Shown here: positions 23,781 through 37,235 of the stretch, piece after piece
Position numbering within the stretch: position 1 is the stretch's first letter
How the letters are laid out: the number at the start of each line of letters is the position of its first letter
Assembly: GCA_964106915.2 (NCBI GenBank)
Contig: OZ066918.1
Reading direction: 5' to 3' (one strand)
Source: Podarcis gaigeae
Taxonomy: Eukaryota
DNA length: 64,000 nucleotides
Notes under the pieces: generated by a model
What the model was told of the DNA's origin: nothing
What the model saw: only the letters and a program-made list of their open reading frames with translations
Databases searched by the model: none
Made by a program: the position numbers and the translations under genes

Positions 23781-24284
23781 CCATATTTTTCGCTGTATAA
23801 GACGCACATTTCCCCCTCCAAAAATTAAGGGGAAATGTGTGTGCATCTTATGGAGCAAGTGCAGGCTCCTTGGCTTCAGCAATAGCAACGCGAAGCCTCC
23901 AAAGTGCAGTGGGAGCGCTCCCGCCGTGCTCCAGAGGCTTCGCATTGCTTTCACTGAAGCCTGGAGAGCGAGAGGGGTCGGTGCGCACCGACCCCTCTCG
24001 CTCTCCAGGCTTCAAAGATAGCCGCCGGAAACCTCCGGAGTGCAGCAGAAGCTCCCGCTGCGCTCCAGAGGCTTTGGGTTCCTTTCGCTGAAGGGTAGGT
24101 GCCGCTTCAGCTAAGGCGCAGCGACCCTTCAGCTAAGGAGAAATTGAAGGGGCTCCGTTTCTCCTGCTGCTTCGCTGAAGGGGCGCTGAGCAGAGAGGGG
24201 GAGAATTTATTTTTTTCTTGTTCTCCCCCTCTAAAACAAGGTGCGTCCTAAGGTTGGGTGCGTCCTATAGAGCGAAAAATACGG
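23781..24284. mobile_element. Tc1/mariner (pogo/Tigger-like) non-autonomous element
   Basis: TIRs CCATATTTTTCGCTGTATAAGACGCAC ... GTGCGTCCTATAGAGCGAAAAATACGG; TA on the left, TG on the right; CpG-rich palindromic interior. Confidence 0.9.
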
Positions 24285-25583
24285 TGTACTCCTTTCTGTT
24301 TGTTGTTTAGGTGTAAGGGTCAAAAATCTTTTGGTGTTGTTGCTTTTCCTGAGGCCTTCTGTATGTTACAAAATTATTGTGGAGTTCTGAATTCAGAACA
24401 ACATATGCCGGCATGAGCTGCTTAAGAATTCTAGTTGAATTTAGATAGTGTTATCCTTTTGGGAATTTTAGTTGTGCATGATAACCTAAATGTCTGAAAC
24501 AGGGACTGCCAAATGTCTGTAGATGACAGTGGTCCATGATGTCTGATTTATTGCCTCATGCAGTCGTCCAGCTGTGGGAGTCGAGATGGGGGCTGATAAG
24601 TCCAGCTCAGGTTGGCTATTGCCAACTAAACATTGGTTATCTCTTAACTTGAACATGTGAGCTCATTTTCCATTGAATGGATGTGCCACAGGCTGGAGAC
24701 AGATGTAAAATACAAACAATAGAGAAAAGCGGTTTTTCCTGATGACTCAGAGTAAATGCCTTATTTCCTTCAGAGTTAACATGAAATCAGTGTTTTGGAA
24801 GTAATACTGTCACACTGGAGGCATCTCTCCCCCAAAGCCTTTACACTAGATTCAGAATCAGGCTCCTGGGCATCATTCATCATTTTAAATCAAATGATAT
24901 CTATACTGACACTATTTCCAACAATATTCTGATTGCCCCCAAGATTCGTTTTTGAATTTGCATTGGCTGTGGAGGTGTTCTCTGTTTCAGAAACCACCCC
25001 ATTGAACGATCTTAATTGCATACCATTAGCTTGTGTCTGCTTTTTGAGTCAACAGATGCTTGCTCTTCAGTGGGGTATCAGGCTACACCTGCAGTTCATC
25101 AGATTTACTTTTACAGAGTTTTGAGGTGCAGTGTGTACATAAGAATTGCCCTAGTTGATCAAGCCAGGTGTCCATAATGCAACTGGTCATGGAGAATCCA
25201 TTTAGCTATGGATGTCTTGGAGATGCTCTTATGTGGCTACAGCTTTCACTGTCTTGATTAGGCCTATCGTTATGACGTCACCTGATAAGAGTCATGGGTA
25301 GTGGTGAGGAAGGTGACCAGGAGCATAAGAATAAAAGCAATAAGCTTCAATGAAGGTGTGCTTCCCCTACTGTCAAAATGTTACAGTACAGTCAGATCAG
25401 AACTGATCCAGTTCATAGCAAGTTTAAACTGAGAGAGGGATTTTAATGTAGCTGGAATTGGACAGTAGCGTATCCATCCCACACCCAAATGGAGGTGAGG
25501 AGACGCCAAACAGCTCAATGGTGGCTGACTGTGCTAAGTTGGCATGGAATGCTGATTTGCTTTGGGGAGTGGGGTGGAATGAA

Positions 25584-25730
25584 TCATAGCATCATAGGAC
25601 TGTAGAGTTGGAAGGGACTATGCAGGTCATCTAGTCCAAAGCCCTGCAATGCATATTTTTTTTTGCCTAAGGTGGGGCTTAAACTCACAACCCTAGGATT
25701 AAAAGTCTCATGCTCCACCATCTGAGCTAT
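25584..25730 (-). mobile_element. tRNA-Lys-headed, CR1-tailed SINE
   Basis: Reverse complement reads atagctcagatggtggagcatgagacttttaatcc...gccccacc followed by ggactagatgacc...cccttccaactctac; same family as 32284 and 42347. Confidence 0.85.
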
Positions 25731-26223
25731 GAATGAAATGGCTGGATCCCTGAAGAGTAAAGCTACAGGTTGCAGTATTTTGTTGCAGGGCCCCACTTAT
25801 GCCATCTTAGTATCTCTCTCTTTCAGAGTTGCCCCTTTTCTGTTTTAATCTTCTGCCATTTAAAACCATCCATATAAGTTTCTTCTTAAAGATGAAAGTA
25901 GTGGAGCCTCCCTTGCAGAGCAGGGTAGCTCTAATGGGCTATAACGTTTCCCGATTTTAATTAGATCCATCCCAATAAATCTGAGAAAATGCAGAGGTAA
26001 TAATAATAATCCAAAGACTCAGGTGATTCTTTAAAACAGTAAATTCCCACCTGTTTCAAACTTGCCCGGATTGCTCTTTGGGGAAAATTTAAATTATAGT
26101 AGGCTTTGAACCTATTCTATTCTGTCATATTCCTTTTTCTGTGGAGAGACTGACAGTTTTAAGCAAGTCTCAGCTGTTATGATTGAGAGCTACGGCCTCA
26201 GACCAAATCTTTAAATAACAAAT

Positions 26224-26379
26224 AGTAAGAGATGTTCAGCAGTGGAACAGACTCCCATGAGAGGTGGTGGACTCTCCTTCCGTGGAGGCAGAGGTTGGAT
26301 GGCCAACTGTCATGGATGCTTTGTTGAGATTGCTGCACAGCAGGGGGTTGACCCTTGGGGTCCCTTCCATTGCTACAAT
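26224..26379 (+). mobile_element. CR1 LINE 3' end fragment
   Basis: cagtggaacagactccc...ggtggtggactctccttcc (WNRLP..VVDSPS-type ORF2 end) followed by agggggttg...ggtcccttcca tail. Confidence 0.8.
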
Positions 26380-26585
26380 ATTGTGCAAATATTCTTGCAA
26401 ATATTGTTGCACCTTTAAGCAGAAACAGAGGGACACACATGAATTAGAACAGATTGTCTTGAATCAAATATCAAAAAGGAACATTACAGGTGGTGTTCTC
26501 TTTATAGTTTTTTAAGACCAGGTTCTCAGAAGGCCCACTTTAATTACTTAAATTTAACCATGGGAAGAACATTGATCACTTAGAT

Positions 26586-26721
26586 CAGGCATGGCCAAAC
26601 TTGGACCTCCAGATGTTTTGGGACTACAACTCGCATCATCCCTAGCTAACAGGACCAGTGGTCAAGGATGATGGGAACTGTACTCCCAAAACATTGGGAG
26701 GGCCAAGTTTGGCCATGCCTG
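26586..26721. mobile_element. hAT MITE (136 bp, palindromic)
   Basis: 19-bp perfect TIR CAGGCATGGCCAAACTTGG; degenerate 8-bp TSD acttagat/acctagtt. Confidence 0.9.
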
Positions 26722-29670
26722 ACCTAGTTAAAGTTCACTGTTCTTTGGTGATAGTTGCAGTGGAAACTGGGAAACATTACAATAACATTGCAATGAATGG
26801 GTTACTGTCTGTATTAATATGGGAAGACAGAATATGAGCTTGGCATTTCCATTGCAGCTTTGAGCAAAGATTGCACTGAAGAAGCCTTTTACGATAGAAG
26901 GAAAATGACACTTTTATCTAGCAATAAGTTGTCCAAACTTTAAACAACAGTTGGAAGCATACTGCATTTTCCAGTATGAAAGTGAAATTTGTATAGAACA
27001 GCTGAGCACAACTTGTGGCCCATTAAACCAAATGGAGCTTGTCAAGTATTAGTAGCTTGGCCTGCCAGGTGTTTGAGACTGTCCATGTTTTTGCAATTCC
27101 AGACAAGTGGCAAAGCAGTAAGCTCACTGAGCCCCTGGTGTGATGCTCTACTTGGCTAGTGGGCTGAATTTGACTTGTAGAGTTGCAGTGTGTTAGTTTG
27201 GAGTGGAATACAGAATAGTCGGAGAGCAGCAGGGGGCAGCAGTAGGGATCCTGACGGTATGTCTGCTCCCCATATCACACTAGCACAAAGGAAAAATGGG
27301 GGGGGGGGGACTTGGATAAAAGGATGCTAACGGAAGGAAAGTCTAGTGTCGATTTGTGAGCAATCATGCCCTAAATGTAATGGTGGCAGGGATTTCTGAA
27401 CTTTCCAGAAAAAAGTTTGCTTCGTTCATATCCTTTAAGAAGATTATGACATCAGGCTTTAGGCCTTATTTTTTAAAAAATTAAATAAGGCATGGTGTCG
27501 AGACTTCCAGGAACTGGGTCTTTCATCACCACGTCAGCATAACTTAGCATAATCACTATGGTAAATAAGTGGTGCTGGCCTATTGATTTCAGAGCAGGCA
27601 TGACTGCCAAGAGAAACTGAATCTGAATTAGTAAAAAAAGAGAGAAGTGTTCTATTAAACATTTCCACACCTTAAACTGTAATGCTAACAATTGGGGGAG
27701 AGGAGCATCCATTCTGTTAAAAGTGTGCATTTACATTCAGGTTATTCACTTTTAACTGAATAAGTGCAATGAGACCAACCAAACAGCCGTTTTCCACCTT
27801 GATCTTCAAAACTAGTCACACTTGGCACAGAATCCAAGACAGATTGATACTGACTTCCTTGTCACTTCATTTCTCTGAGCCATAGTGGGCTTGAACACTC
27901 TCTTGTACCTACCGCAAGAGCAGTTTCAACCTCCAGGGATAATCAAAAAACAATTTCCTTGTTCCATGCCTGCGTCTTGGCTAATCTGCCCTGTTGCGCC
28001 ACTGTGCCCATTTCGGTCTGTGGTGTGTGCATAAATGGGTCTGTAGATCAGCCATCTTGTGTGCACCTCCCCATATGGGAGTCCTGGATTTGCCAGCTGT
28101 GCCCCATGCACTCTAGATCTGATGGGATATTGTGTGCCAGGAGGCCTTGTTTATTTGCACACAACATCCCCACAGCGTGTGGAGGGAGGAGCCTGGGATC
28201 CGGGTGTGTGTAAATGCCATTTCTACAGTCATGCACTTGCTCCTTTAAGTTGAAAAAAAAACCCAAAACAGCTTTGCAAATAAGTTGTAACTGAATATTT
28301 AATTTCCCCACACAGAAGACAGTTTTATCAAGGTTTTGGGTTATTTCATACCACTGATGAACAAATAGGCATTTTTGATTTAATCGGCATCTAGAAGTAG
28401 GCGGTGGTTATGTCTAATGAGAACAAAACAAAGATAAGCTTCAAGGATGTTTCTCTGAAATTATAACATTACCAAATAACATGTCTTTTGCTTTTGAAGC
28501 TGGGTTTCTGAAAAGGAAGCGTTTTATCTTTATGCAGAGCAGGAAAAGCATCATTTACCCTATAATATTTAACTGCTCCACTCATCTGCTCTTTTTAAGA
28601 TTAAAATTACAGGCCCCCAGATTGCAAGTTTTGCTATTTGTTTTCTTTTGATTGCTGCCTTTGGCTCCTTAGTGAACTTCATCAGCAGCACTGTGGGTAA
28701 CTGTAAAGAATTCTGTGGGACTCTCTATTAAGCACCACAGCATTCCACAAAAATGACAAAATTCACTCAGAATTTATTTTTAAAAAATCTTTTCTAAGCA
28801 ATTTCCCACAACATGCCCCCACTTTTTAAATTGCATGCAGAAAAAGGTTGACTATTACCACGCTTTGCCTCTCAGGTTCCTGTTTTTCTTCCTGTTAAGA
28901 CTATAGAAAATAATGAAGTGGAATTCAGAACAATTATTTTGCCAGGTCTTGTATCTATTATTCTTTTGACCCCATTTTTCTGTGCAACGTTCCCCCACCA
29001 CCACCAAAAAAACATAGCTTGCAAGTTAATACTTTATAAGATGTTTATTTTCTTCCATTTAGCCAAATAACTCAGATATTAACATTGGATAGTGTTTAGA
29101 TTTCACTACCATTTGAACTATATATTTTACTGACACAGACGGATGAAAATAAACAGCTTGTAACATATAGAGTTACAGGCTGTGAGTCTATGTGGATTTA
29201 GGGGAGCCTGTGATGGATTAAGGGTTTGCAATGGATTCATTTTCACTAACTCAGTTAAAATAACTATGTAATCATTATTTGTGCTTAGTTTGAGATTCAT
29301 TTTCATAATTTACCAAGGGATTTGTCTGCATACATTTTGATGCTTAATGGCCCTCAATTGATTGAAGTTCCTTTTCAAGAAATCGTACACACAAAATAGC
29401 AAAATTGCTTGATAATGAGACAGCAGTAAAACCCAATTGTACAAAAAAAAGGTTTATGTGAAGCAAATGTGAAAAATGTCTCTCTCTCTTTTGCTTTTAA
29501 AAGAGCCATAGATACATATTCAATCCGTTCTAGAGGGGATTTAACAGTGCTTGTAGTACATGGCGTTCTAAATGTCTCACATATACATTTGTTGCTGTGA
29601 ATTCAAACGCTGCACACACACAAATATCTGTAAAGATGCAAGATTAAATTTTCCATTGCCACTTTTACAG

Positions 29671-29768
29671 ATAACAGCACGCCGACAATGGAAACATATT
29701 TATGATGAATTAGGTGGTAACCCTGGGAGCACAAGTGCAGCCACGTGTACTCGTAGACATTATGAAAG
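29671..29768 (+). CDS. ARID5B: ARID5B coding exon (exon 8 equivalent), 98 nt: ITARRQWKHIYDELGGNPGSTSAATCTRRHYE(R)
   Basis: Acceptor acttttacag and donor AG|gtaaga; ARID DNA-recognition helix region. Confidence 0.97.
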
Positions 29769-32283
29769 GTAAGATAACAAATATGAAATGCTTGTTTAAT
29801 AAAGGAGAAAAATTAATTTGAAGGGACTTCAAAGCCTTTTGTAAAGAAATGCGGACAGAGAGGGGGGAGAGGCAAGAAGGCCTCTTACCAAAGGCACAGT
29901 AAATATTCCATCACCAGTTTAGTCCTGTAATATGCTGTAATTTAAACCAGTGTGTGTCTCCGATTGCAAAGCAAATAAATCGGGGGATCTGATTCCTTTC
30001 TTCTTCATACCTTGTTTTACCAAAGCTTCTATAATATAGAAGCTGTAACTGATGAGCAAAACAGATGATAGTTTGATGATGGACAAAATGATCATATCTT
30101 AACTGCTTTGGCTGGGTTTTTTTGTTGTTTGTTTTTTTGTCTTTTAAAAACCACTCTGCAGATAAATGCAAATAAAGCAATGTATGGCTGTCTTCAGATT
30201 AGTGGGATGTTCCCATTATAAGTCACGGGGGAAAAAACATTTCTTCCATATTCCTTTAATGTTTTCTTCTCCCCTTTCTTCTTGCAGCTGACAACCATTT
30301 ATCTTTCTAAAGTGCAGCAGAGTTGCTGTTTTATAAACATTGATTTTGTACCCTTTCTGAGTTAATAATAGTTTCCAAAGGTTGGGTATCCAGCGTACAT
30401 CGGATAACATGATACGGTTGTGATGCTTCCTTAAAAGAATTTTGAGAAAATACGGCCATTAATAAAATATGTGTGCTTTCAAGCTCTGAAATGAGCAATA
30501 TGATCTCATGCTCCAGATCACTAACTAGTTTCCTGTAGGGGCCAAGAGAGTGTTTGTTTATCACCATCTTACAGCATTGCAATGCTTTTTTGACATACGT
30601 TGAACATACGTGTCTTTTCTAAAGTGTTAACTGCTAGCCAGACTGAAAGAAATGAGGTGCCAGCCATATTCTGTATAGGACTATTGTTCACTTTAAATTC
30701 CAGAGTGAAAATCTGATTAGTCTTACAGGTAGGTAAGTAAATGTCTTCTAGCGTGGGAGCTTGGATGTAACTGTACAAATTATGGACAATCCACATTAAG
30801 AGTTGGCCGTTCTCAGTTGATCCCACTGAATAATATGAGTCAAAGTAAACAGACTCTTTGGATCATAGCCAGTGAGCACAGTTTAGAGAATTTTAGTTTA
30901 GGCAAGTCCCATTAAATCCAGTGGAGGTTAGCTGGTTCCTTGTCACCTTGATTTCCATGGGATTTTGCCTCACTTGGGAGGCAAAGAACATGGCTTGGGA
31001 GAAAAAGAACATAGTGTGGTATCCAACTAAGTCATACTCAAGGGTAGACCCATTGAAATCAATGGACTCGACTAATTTAAGTGCATTAATTAAAATTTGT
31101 CTATAATTCAATTGCATACAAACCGCCTTTAGCAATCTCCCTATACAGGAGAGGCAGTGTTAGTGCCCACGTGGAAGGTGACTGCTGTGAGGGACATTTG
31201 AGTGTAGTCTCCATTTCAGGATCAAGCGACAAGTTATCTTAAGCACATTTTTTTTTTAAAAAAGCATGCTTCATTGGCCACCTAGTTTTTGAGAAAAAGC
31301 AGCTATGTGGAGAGGCAAATAGTAGCCAAGGTGTCGATGTCACCCTGATGTTTGGCCCCATTCCAGAATGTGGCCTTGATTGCTTTTTCTGGAAGAAAAA
31401 AAAAGTGGCCATGGAAACACACTTTGTGGTTTTAATGCAATCTTTGATACTCATTGCAAATCAGTGGCTGGTGTAGTGGGCGGAGGAAGGGTTGATTGGT
31501 CCAAATACCCTCTCACCCCACAATAGATAATGAGTGGAGCATGAATTTCCCCTGATCATGCCAGGATGCGTTTGTGGGGCAAAGGATGTCTGGCCACGCC
31601 TAGAATTCTTTCTCCCAGACTTTGGTGCTTCTGTTCTTGTTACTCATGCTTCCGTTCTCTTGCTGTGTGAGAACTGGGAACAAAGAAATGGGCTTGTTGG
31701 TGCTGTTGCTTCTGTGAATTGGACCCTACCTTTCTCAGACAGGAATATTAACAGGTGAACGTTTTCTGGCTTCTTGATGTCTCTTGGTTTCTGCTCTCCC
31801 CCCACCCCCATCAACAGAAGTTTGCATTTCAGGCAGGTTTTCCTAAAGTGGTAGCAAAATTAGCTGCAGTTTTCACACTTCAGTTAAGCAGCATAAGGCC
31901 TACTTTGTAGATGAGACCAGATTTAAAATGTAATAGGAAATTTGGAAAGAAATTTGGAAATTGGGAGTCCTTGCCTAGCAACATTAGATGGCATTTTGCA
32001 AAATGTTTTGAATAAACTATTAGAAAGAAAGGCCATTGGATCCATTTGTCTAGGTTGCAGAACTGTTCTTTTTCAATGAAAGCAGTTGTAAGCAAACAAA
32101 ATTGGCAGAAGTTGACTAGCACCTAAAAACTGTATAAGCAGTTGAGTTGCAGTTGACACAGTTTTCTGCAGGTTTGATTTATCCGTTAGTAACAATTTGG
32201 GCTAGATGGGAACAGTACTGTGGCTCAAGCATGCTTTGGACGCTCCATATCTCACGTGTAATCCAAACAAATGGATAGAAGGA

Positions 32284-32428
32284 TATCTCAGTTGGTAGAG
32301 AATGAGACCCTTATCCTCAGGGTTGTGGATTTGAGCCCCATGCTCAGTGAAAGATTCCTGCATTAAAGGGGGCTGGACTAGATGATCATCATGACCCCTT
32401 CCAACTCTACTATTCTATGATTCTATGA
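32284..32428 (+). mobile_element. tRNA-Lys-headed, CR1-tailed SINE
   Basis: Head resembles tRNA-Lys(CTT); ends in the CR1-type (ATTCTATG)n tail. Confidence 0.88.
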
Positions 32429-32946
32429 TCTCAGGTGTCAGGACTAGGAAGGATCAGCCTGAGATGCTGAAGAGCTGCTACTAGTAGAAAATGACAGTGA
32501 CAGGGAAGATGGCCTGGCATGAAAAAGCGCTCTCTGTGGGCTCCCCTTTCAAAAATCAGTGTGTGCTCCCCCTTTCAAATAAAGAAGGGCTAAGCATGAT
32601 TTCAGTGCGTTATTGACATATTTGGTTTTTTTAATTGCAAGTGGCTCACTTCCAGTAAACATTTTCATTTTTAAAACAAAGTGTTGTTGCCAGTGGGTTC
32701 ACTAAGTGTTATTTTGGATATGCATTCTAAGCGTCCTTTTGCCTTATTAATGAGTGCAATAATGCAAGCGCTGGTTGCTTTGAGCCGAGAATCAATGGAT
32801 GTTTTTATTTAAAGCATAGCAGGAATCGTATAATGCCCATGAATGCATTATTGTCGCTGGAGGGCTGGCTGGTCTAAACCTGCCTCTCTGATTGGTTTAA
32901 ATCAAATCAGTCCAAGCACTTCATAAAAATGTCCTTGTCAGCCCAG

Positions 32947-33093
32947 NNNNNNNNNNNNNNNNNNNNNNNNNNNNNNNNNNNNNNNNNNNNNNNNNNNNNN
33001 NNNNNNNNNNNNNNNNNNNNNNNNNNNNNNNNNNNNNNNNNNNNNNNNNNNNNNNNNNNNNNNNNNNNNNNNNNNNNNNNNNNNNNNNNNNNN
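32947..33093. other. Assembly gap (147 N)
   Basis: Run of N. Confidence 1.
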
Positions 33094-33528
33094 GCTATGT
33101 ACGTGACTCAACACATACAAAGTGTGCAAGTTGTTGTTATTTTGATCAGGAGGCTACAGTTCTTGTAAATTACAGTGGCTGATCACATAAAGTAAAGACA
33201 GTATGGGCTGGCTTTAGTACCGCAACAACACAAACCTGGATTTCTGATTTGTGCGCTGTCAGGATCCTGCATTTCTATGTTAGGTCATTTGGGATTTAGA
33301 AATCATTGAAAATCGTCAGTTTTCTCATAGAACAGTGTTCTTTGCCATGTGTTCTAAGGATATTGATATCAGATCAGATGCAGTTTTCACTCAATGCCAG
33401 TGAAAGTGAGTCAGGGGTTGGTTTGTTTTTCACCCCTGCGCAAAATACGCAATGGATGATTTTAGTTTCCCTGAGTAAATAGACATGATGCTGTAAATGA
33501 GCAGGAAGTTGTGGTTTTTGTTAGGGAA

Positions 33529-33565
<37 letters not shown>

Positions 33566-33566
33566 T
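33529..33566. repeat. (CT)n microsatellite
   Basis: Visible directly. Confidence 0.95.
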
Positions 33567-35255
33567 TCATGATGTGTTTGTGACCTCACATTTCCTAAAC
33601 AAAATGTAATTAAAAAGGAAACAGACTACACATTAAGGTTATGTGTTCTTCTATAAATTGTCTGTCCAGGAAGGTCCACTCCTCACACCCTTGACTGATT
33701 GTGTATTCCCTTCTGTAGAAGTAAATCTGAAAAGTTGTAACTCTGCCTGACAGAGAGTATTGAGATTACTACTAGAGATGCCAAAGCTCAAGAATGGTTT
33801 AAGGAAAGCTAGTAAACAAACGCACAAAGAAACACGCACACCCCTCTACAACATAGCCACATCCACATATTAGATTCTCTTTCTTTTCCTATCCTAGGAT
33901 AGTTAAAATGCATGAAAGGTGAAACTCAAAACCCATTTGAGCCATTTTCCTGGCAGCAGACACCCAATAGCCTGCCGCCCCTCAGTTTCTGGTTGGGGAA
34001 ACTCACAGAGTTATCTCCCATTGAGAACAAAAATGGACACTTCTTTCAACTTTGAAGAGCAACTGCCAGAAGAGATCAGGGCTACAGCATATGGGGTGGT
34101 TTTAACCCTTTCTCCCTGCACTGTGGCCCCAATGAAAACCCTTCTTCCTAACCCCTAAAAGCTGCTGTTGGTGCAAATGATAGCTTCTTTCTGGGGCCAA
34201 ATATCAGCTATGGGAGAGGAATTTCATCAGGTTAAACCGCTCTCTTCATGCTCAGCAATCTCATTCTTGAGTTGCTGTTTAACACTGAAAAAAGAAGCAT
34301 GTAACACCATACTACACGTTTAATGTAACTTGCAATTTGGGCCTTATGACAGCTATATTCTCACTTGAAGCTCCCTGCTCTGATCTTTATTTCCTGTCAG
34401 TTCCCCACCCACCCTTAAAGGGACAGGCATATCTTCTACAACAACATTCTGTATAGGACATTGCAGACTTTGTGTCCCAGTGTCAAACTTTAGTCATAAA
34501 AATGTTGTGTTTTAAGACGTCTTAGTAATCAGGGTATCTTGGACTACTTGAATTCCAAATGCCTGCTTTCTGTCTGTTACTGACCATTTTTTATATTTAG
34601 AGACAGCAGTGTCAAAATTGTTAGGATACTTCACAGCCGAACTGAAACCTGCCATGCATATACTCCATAATGTTGTGACATCTATTGTACAAAACCCATG
34701 GCATCATCGTACAATAGCCAGCATTTGAGCAGGGAGGGAGTAAATCACACGCAAGTGATAGGTTGCACATTTGAACTTGCTGAAGTGTGAAATCACAACA
34801 ATCCACGCATGCAACAGAACCAGAGGGCTGTTAGATCTTTCCCTTCACATGCTTCCATGGTTCCACATATTTTTTGAATTACATTTATATCTATATCCCC
34901 TAGATTGTAGGGGTTGGATGTCAATGCATGGCATTAGGAGTCTTTACTTCCACCATCTGGAATACCTTGCGAGAAGCTTGCTTTCAGTGAAAAATGTTTA
35001 GGTGTGTGTATGGATGATGTAATTGAGATGTAAATAAAAATGTAGAACTGAAGCAAATATTTGTAAATATTCACATTTGCCAATTCTTCCATTCTAATTC
35101 TGAAAGCATGCGTTTGCCCTTGTAATTTCAGTTTGTATTTTGAATGGTTTCCCCTCAAAACACAAGTGGTTTCGACTTTGGCATCTCTTGATTTGAGTTG
35201 GCAGGCCTCAGAAATGAAAACTGATCAGCAGAAGCTGTCAAATACTGTCAGATGC

Positions 35256-35385
35256 TAAATACCATTGCATGCCAACTATCAAATAGTGTCAAACACCATT
35301 GCATAACAACTGTGAAACACCAATATTAAATACCATTGCATGCCAGTTATCAAATACTAAATACCATTGCATCCCAACTAGCAAA
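35256..35385. repeat. Degenerate minisatellite, four units with core AAA(T/C)ACCATTGCAT
   Basis: ACCATTGCAT at 35261, 35295, 35332 and 35363. Confidence 0.85.
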
Positions 35386-37171
35386 AGCTGTTCAACACCA
35401 TCTGTCAAATTTGAAAGATTGAAATAAAATCTCAGACTCAAATGTATTATACAGAAATCAAATACCATAGGACATAAAATACAAATATCAGATATTTGAT
35501 AAGCATTACAATATTCAGAGAACATGCGAGTATAGAGCTGTATACAAATTCTAATAGCAATAATAATTTGCAGACCCAAATTCTGAGGAGTGTTTTTTTG
35601 AAACTTTATTGTTTGTTTGTTTATTTCTAGACAACACTGTTTTTTAAAAAAATACAATTTCAGCTCTCTCTTTTTTTAAAAAAAAGTCCATGTCAGCAAA
35701 GACCATGAAGTCTTGGTTCTGTCAGTCTGATGTATTTTCTAACCCGAACTCATAAAGGAGCCTGGTTAGCCTTGGTTTCTCCTATAATTTCATAAGAGAA
35801 TTTCTTGGATGTCTGCATTCAATTTTTCCACAGTAAAGTTTTAAGATGACTTCTGGGTGTGGGTGGGTGTCCTTGGTTGATGGTTAATACATTATCTTAT
35901 TTGTCTAAATTTAGACAACCTTTCTTTCCTGTTTCTTCACTATACTTTAATCCCCCAAACTTGGGAAACACAAGCTCTGCTAAGTCTTTTTTTTTACAGG
36001 ACAATAAAGTATTTTTCATCTCATCCATCCCATAAGGGGAGGGGGGGAGAGAGAGAGAAAGAAAGAGAGAGAAACTGGTACCTTTGAATATTATCTCTTT
36101 CCATGCTATCAAAATTCTCTTCCTCTCATCTCCTCTAGTGCTTTGTGAAAATTCTTCCACTTTGGGACACGTTGGACGAGTCATTCACATTGGGATGGTT
36201 ATTTTCCTTTCTTACATGCTCTAATAAGCAGCGATGTCAGTTAACAATGTTGACATTTAAAATATCATAGGCATCTGGATTAGAGTCTATTGAAATGAAT
36301 GGGGCACTTGACACCTTAAAGCTATTGTTACAGACTCCCTGCATTCTCAGACAGATGGTCCTTTTTATTGGTTACACTGATTCCTTGGTTTAAAAGGCCT
36401 CATTCCACAGCCATAACAGCAAGAGGTTTATTATATTTTAAAATGTAACCTGATACTTTAGAGAACAAGTCAGAGGCCTTTCTGCAGCCTTACGGCTGCT
36501 GGGTCTTCATGCTCCTTAAAAACTATGGATCCTGTCTTGGTCTTAAATCAGTCATTTGTAATGTATCTGAACAGTTCAAATGCTTGCTTTTACAAAAAAA
36601 AAAAATGTCCAGCTGAAGTGCCCTTAAGATTATTTCATGAGGGGGAAAAACACATCTCATATTCCAATATCCCCATCCTGATAATATGAAAAACGAAATC
36701 TATTTTTACTCACAAAACCAAGTTAGGTCAAAATAAGGCATTGGAAGCAGGTTCCTGAAACAGCTGTAAAGACATATACATATGCTGTGAGGAAATTTCA
36801 TACACAAGAGAGTCCAATAGTCCAACCAAAATGTTATTTGTTTTTCTTTTCTTTGCTTAAAGTATTTAGAGAGAACTTTGTAGAAGTGTGTACATTTCAG
36901 GAGCATCTGTAAGCACTAACATCCTGTCCAGAGGGGCAATAGAAAAACCTATTATACCATCTATCTAAAAAAATATTTTAGTTCCCTTCACTAAAGGTTG
37001 TAATTAATAGGAGGTTTGGGGTTCAGGTTGTTGAAAACATCCCGAGGCAAAAATTAACCAGGTCTTGTTCCATACTGGAAACTTCAGCTAGTTCTTTGTT
37101 TAACCAAATAAAAGATTTTTCTTTTGCTAGAGCAATTCTCTCCCCCACTCTCCTGTGTTTCTTCTAGGAAG

Positions 37172-37235
37172 TAAATTTGCCCAGAAGTAAGCCTCGCTGA
37201 GTTTAAATTTGCCCAGAAGTAAGCCTCGCTGAGTT
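37172..37235. repeat. Perfect 32-bp tandem duplication
   Basis: taaatttgcccagaagtaagcctcgctgagtt x2. Confidence 0.95.

Noticed and set aside
28124-28170. 14-bp stem hairpin, with similar short inverted repeats at 3651-3766 and 49676-49717
   Set aside because: Too short for a pre-miRNA; probably chance or decayed MITE ends.
32284-32350. tRNA-Lys-like sequences here and at 25660-25730 and 42347-42400
   Set aside because: Degenerate SINE heads fused to CR1-type tails; not intact tRNA genes.
32929-33168. ORFs crossing the N run
   Set aside because: Artefacts of the assembly gap.
35256-35385. CRISPR-like repeat-spacer appearance
   Set aside because: Eukaryotic intron, 10-bp core only, and spacers are related to each other; a minisatellite.
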